From Pelomyxa schiedti (taxonomy: Eukaryota; Protista; Evosea), in NCBI GenBank assembly GCA_020536535.1, contig JAHLWZ010000206.1, positions 16,268 through 80,267 on the forward strand: 64,000 nucleotides of DNA. The letters are read 5' to 3'. Shown piece after piece: positions 61,601 through 64,000 of this stretch. How positions within the stretch are numbered: position 1 is the stretch's first letter; every line of letters starts with the position of its first letter. The position numbers and the translations under genes are program-made. The notes under the pieces are model-generated. The model saw only the letters and a list, made by a program, of their open reading frames with translations, did not search any database and had not been told where the DNA came from.

Positions 61601-64000
61601 GAGGTACATTTCTTTGATGTATGAAGTCCGGAGCAAGGTCTCGTGCGGCTATTGATACTTCAGCCCTCCCATCGATGAAACTAAGCTCTCGAACTCTTCC
61701 TTGCACCTTTTTGCACTCCCTGCTTTGTGGTGAGAAGAAAAATGAGGCATAGAAGCTAACCCAAAACGTGAGGACAGGTCAGTTCCAGGCTTTAAGTCAG
61801 TGAAGCGACGAGGTACGATACCTCGAAGAGTTTGGGCACGTGGTGCAACAGCTTTCTTCTTTGCAGCCGGGAGGGATATTTCCAGGTAGTCATGGTGGGC
61901 TTGAACAACAGTGCACCAATCTCCCCGGCTGCTAACAACAGCACCGTAGCCTTTAATAAACTCTGCAACTTGGGCATCGGTATTCTTTTTAACCAAGACT
62001 GGAGAAATAGTTGAAGATACAATCGCAGGTTGTGCGTCAGTAAGTGCTGCTGGGGCTTGTGGAATTTCTGGGAACCTAAAAGAGGGTGTTGGAAATACAT
62101 GCAACAAAAGGTTCGACCTGCTGCCTGGTTGCACTGTTGCGGGAAAAACGTATAATCGAAGCTTCACTATATGCTCCAGTGGTGAGAAGTGTACTTGAGA
62201 GGATTTTGCACCAGAATAGATAACACGTAGAGATAGCTGGCACAATTTTAACAATAGCCTAAGGACGTATGATACCTCATTTTTTTTCTGCATTTGGGGA
62301 GGCATGTGTGACTTTAGTACAACACCAAACATACCACAATAAGTAACATGAAGGCCCCTCTCAGAGGATTTGACTACAGATGCACTAACACGCATACCAG
62401 CAACAGTACTGTTTAGATCTATGTCACTGTACTAATTCAATGAGAATCAAGTGGGACTAAAGTGTGTTTCGTACAGTGCCATAGACTACAAGAGATGGGT
62501 CAATGGACAAGACCATATCCTTTGTGCAATCCTTTCCAATAGATTTTACATAGAAGTATCCTACTTGCCCAACTTTGAGAGGCTGTTGTCTTAGTTAAAA
62601 CAGTGAAGAAGGCTGGGAAGTTACAGAAGGAATACAATTGTAGGAGAGGCAGGTAAAACCCCAGTCAGGCCTTCTTTGATTTCTATTACTGCACTCGCGG
62701 CACTCGAGTGTTGAACTGCACCATATATAGTCTAAAAAATGTTTATAACAAACACAATGGAGGTGTTGTGGCTACTCACCACGCCTTTTTTCAAGTTGGA
62801 AACATTCAATCTCGTATTAACTTTCAAGGGGCTGTGAATAGTTTTTTAAACAAAAGGCAGTGATGAGATAGGAGAACTTTAACGACATGGGCCACCCTTT
62901 GGGTGACATCTGACCTCCACAGGCTGAACAGGTTACATATTGCCCAATTGAAAAATAGTCATGCAAATGTACCATCTTCACTTTCTTCAATATGCATAAT
63001 CTTATGATTTTTTAAAAGTACAAACCTCAGGGTTCTTTTTAAGAATCTGTGTGAGCGCCTTTGGAAACTTTTTTAAAATGATGAGTTAAAAGAATTCCTT
63101 AATGGAAGTTACTTCTTCTTTAGCCACATAGCCTTTTCTTGCATATGGTAACTGTAAGAGAAGAGCTTTTGTGTAGTCATCAATTTCTTCAATGATGCCA
63201 AGAAAAGTGTCACCAAGAGATACATCCTACAGAAATAAACAATAGAATTTATCTTTATGCCATGCCTGCTGCTTTAACTGGGCATATTTAGGTTTGGGAG
63301 CACGAACAAATCCAACTGAGGCCAGTGGCAGAAGATCACAAGTCAACTCTACCTGTTGAAGATACAGTATTAAACTCAAAATTAGATATCATCGTCGAGG
63401 TGGTGGTTTGTTTTCGCATGTGTGTTCGTATGCATGAAAGAGAATAGTGGGAAAGATGCACATCAGGTATCAACAGATTCCCATCGTCGTCCCTTGCATC
63501 CTCCTGAGGTTCCTCTTCCTCCATAGCTTTCTTGGCCTTCTTTTCCTCCCTCTCCCTCTTCTCTGCAGCCAACCCCTCCATCTCACCAAGTGCAAATCTG
63601 TCAATAGGCGCATCCATCACCCCCTTCCCATCATCTCCGTCGTCATCGTCGTCATCATCATCGTCATCATCTTCTTCTTTACCTTCATCAGCACCAGTGT
63701 CTTCTTCTTTTTCCACTGCTTCTTCATTGTCGTCGTCGTCCTCCTCATCGTCATTGCCATCGCCATCACTGTCAGCGTCCTCCTCCTCCTCCTCCTTGTC
63801 CTTGTCCTTCTCATCACCATCGTCGTCGTCCTCATCGTCATCCTCATCGTCAGCCTTCTTTTCCTCCTCCTCCTCCTCCTCCTCCTCCTCCTCCTCCTCA
63901 TCGTGATCATCCCCACCACCACCGTTGTCGTCGTGGCTATTCTTGTCTTCGGCTTTGATTTCCGCCTCCTCTTCCACCACCTCTCCGTCGCTGCTGTCGT
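58614..64000 (-). CDS. RRP5-like N-terminal moiety: acidic N-terminus, ~5-6 S1 domains, then a ~700-aa Gln/Glu-rich tail; start lies beyond the window
   Basis: S1-like exons: LGDTFLGIIEEIDD, LHDYFSIGQYV, LKVGQVGYFYVKSI, AGMRVSASVVKSSERGLHV, VPPGTNVVGTVQKVDNQGIWMKIG, LHPGMVQHGIV, LSVGTVVECIVQSVD. An intron at ~60878-60923 splices in frame into the 58707-60794 ORF. The 3' end is approximate. Confidence 0.72.
63636..63905. repeat. Trinucleotide microsatellites (TCC/TCA/TCG) encoding poly-Asp/Glu
   Basis: (tcc)n, (tca)n and (tcg)n runs within the ORF 63336-63980. Confidence 0.9.

Noticed and set aside
1-64000. tRNA, rRNA or autonomous transposon genes
   Set aside because: None recognised by eye; tRNAscan-SE, Infernal and RepeatModeler would be needed to exclude them.

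Overview
Gene-dense, intron-rich eukaryotic DNA with mostly ~40-60 nt GT-AG introns, some GC-AG introns and microexons. The gene content and style suggest an amoebozoan, possibly a Pelomyxa-like archamoeba (inference only). About 20 spliced or single-exon genes are recognisable: BRSK/SAD-like kinase, kinesin-8, two RhoGEFs, a Ubl-VWA-CBM20-VWA protein, a membrane metallophosphoesterase, a HIT protein, a RasGEF, a ZIP transporter, a Rab7 paralog, a SAC9-like phosphatase, a TRIM-like RING/B-box/FN3/Gly-rich protein and RRP5 pieces. An accessory, partly decayed block lies at ~34.3-40.0 kb. The most striking signal is a 494-bp non-coding insertion (36727-37220) inside a host gene. It has the geometry of a DIRS-type retroelement: CTG at both ends and an internal 92-bp region complementary to the joined ends with a 3-nt overlap. 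It also carries an exact 25-nt copy of the host sequence just upstream of the insertion point, a candidate target-matching guide. Second, RRP5 appears to be split into an S1-only gene and a HAT-only gene with other genes between them. Exon boundaries were read by eye and gene ends are approximate. Two 100-N gaps each have exact 121-bp duplicated flanks and are assembly artefacts.
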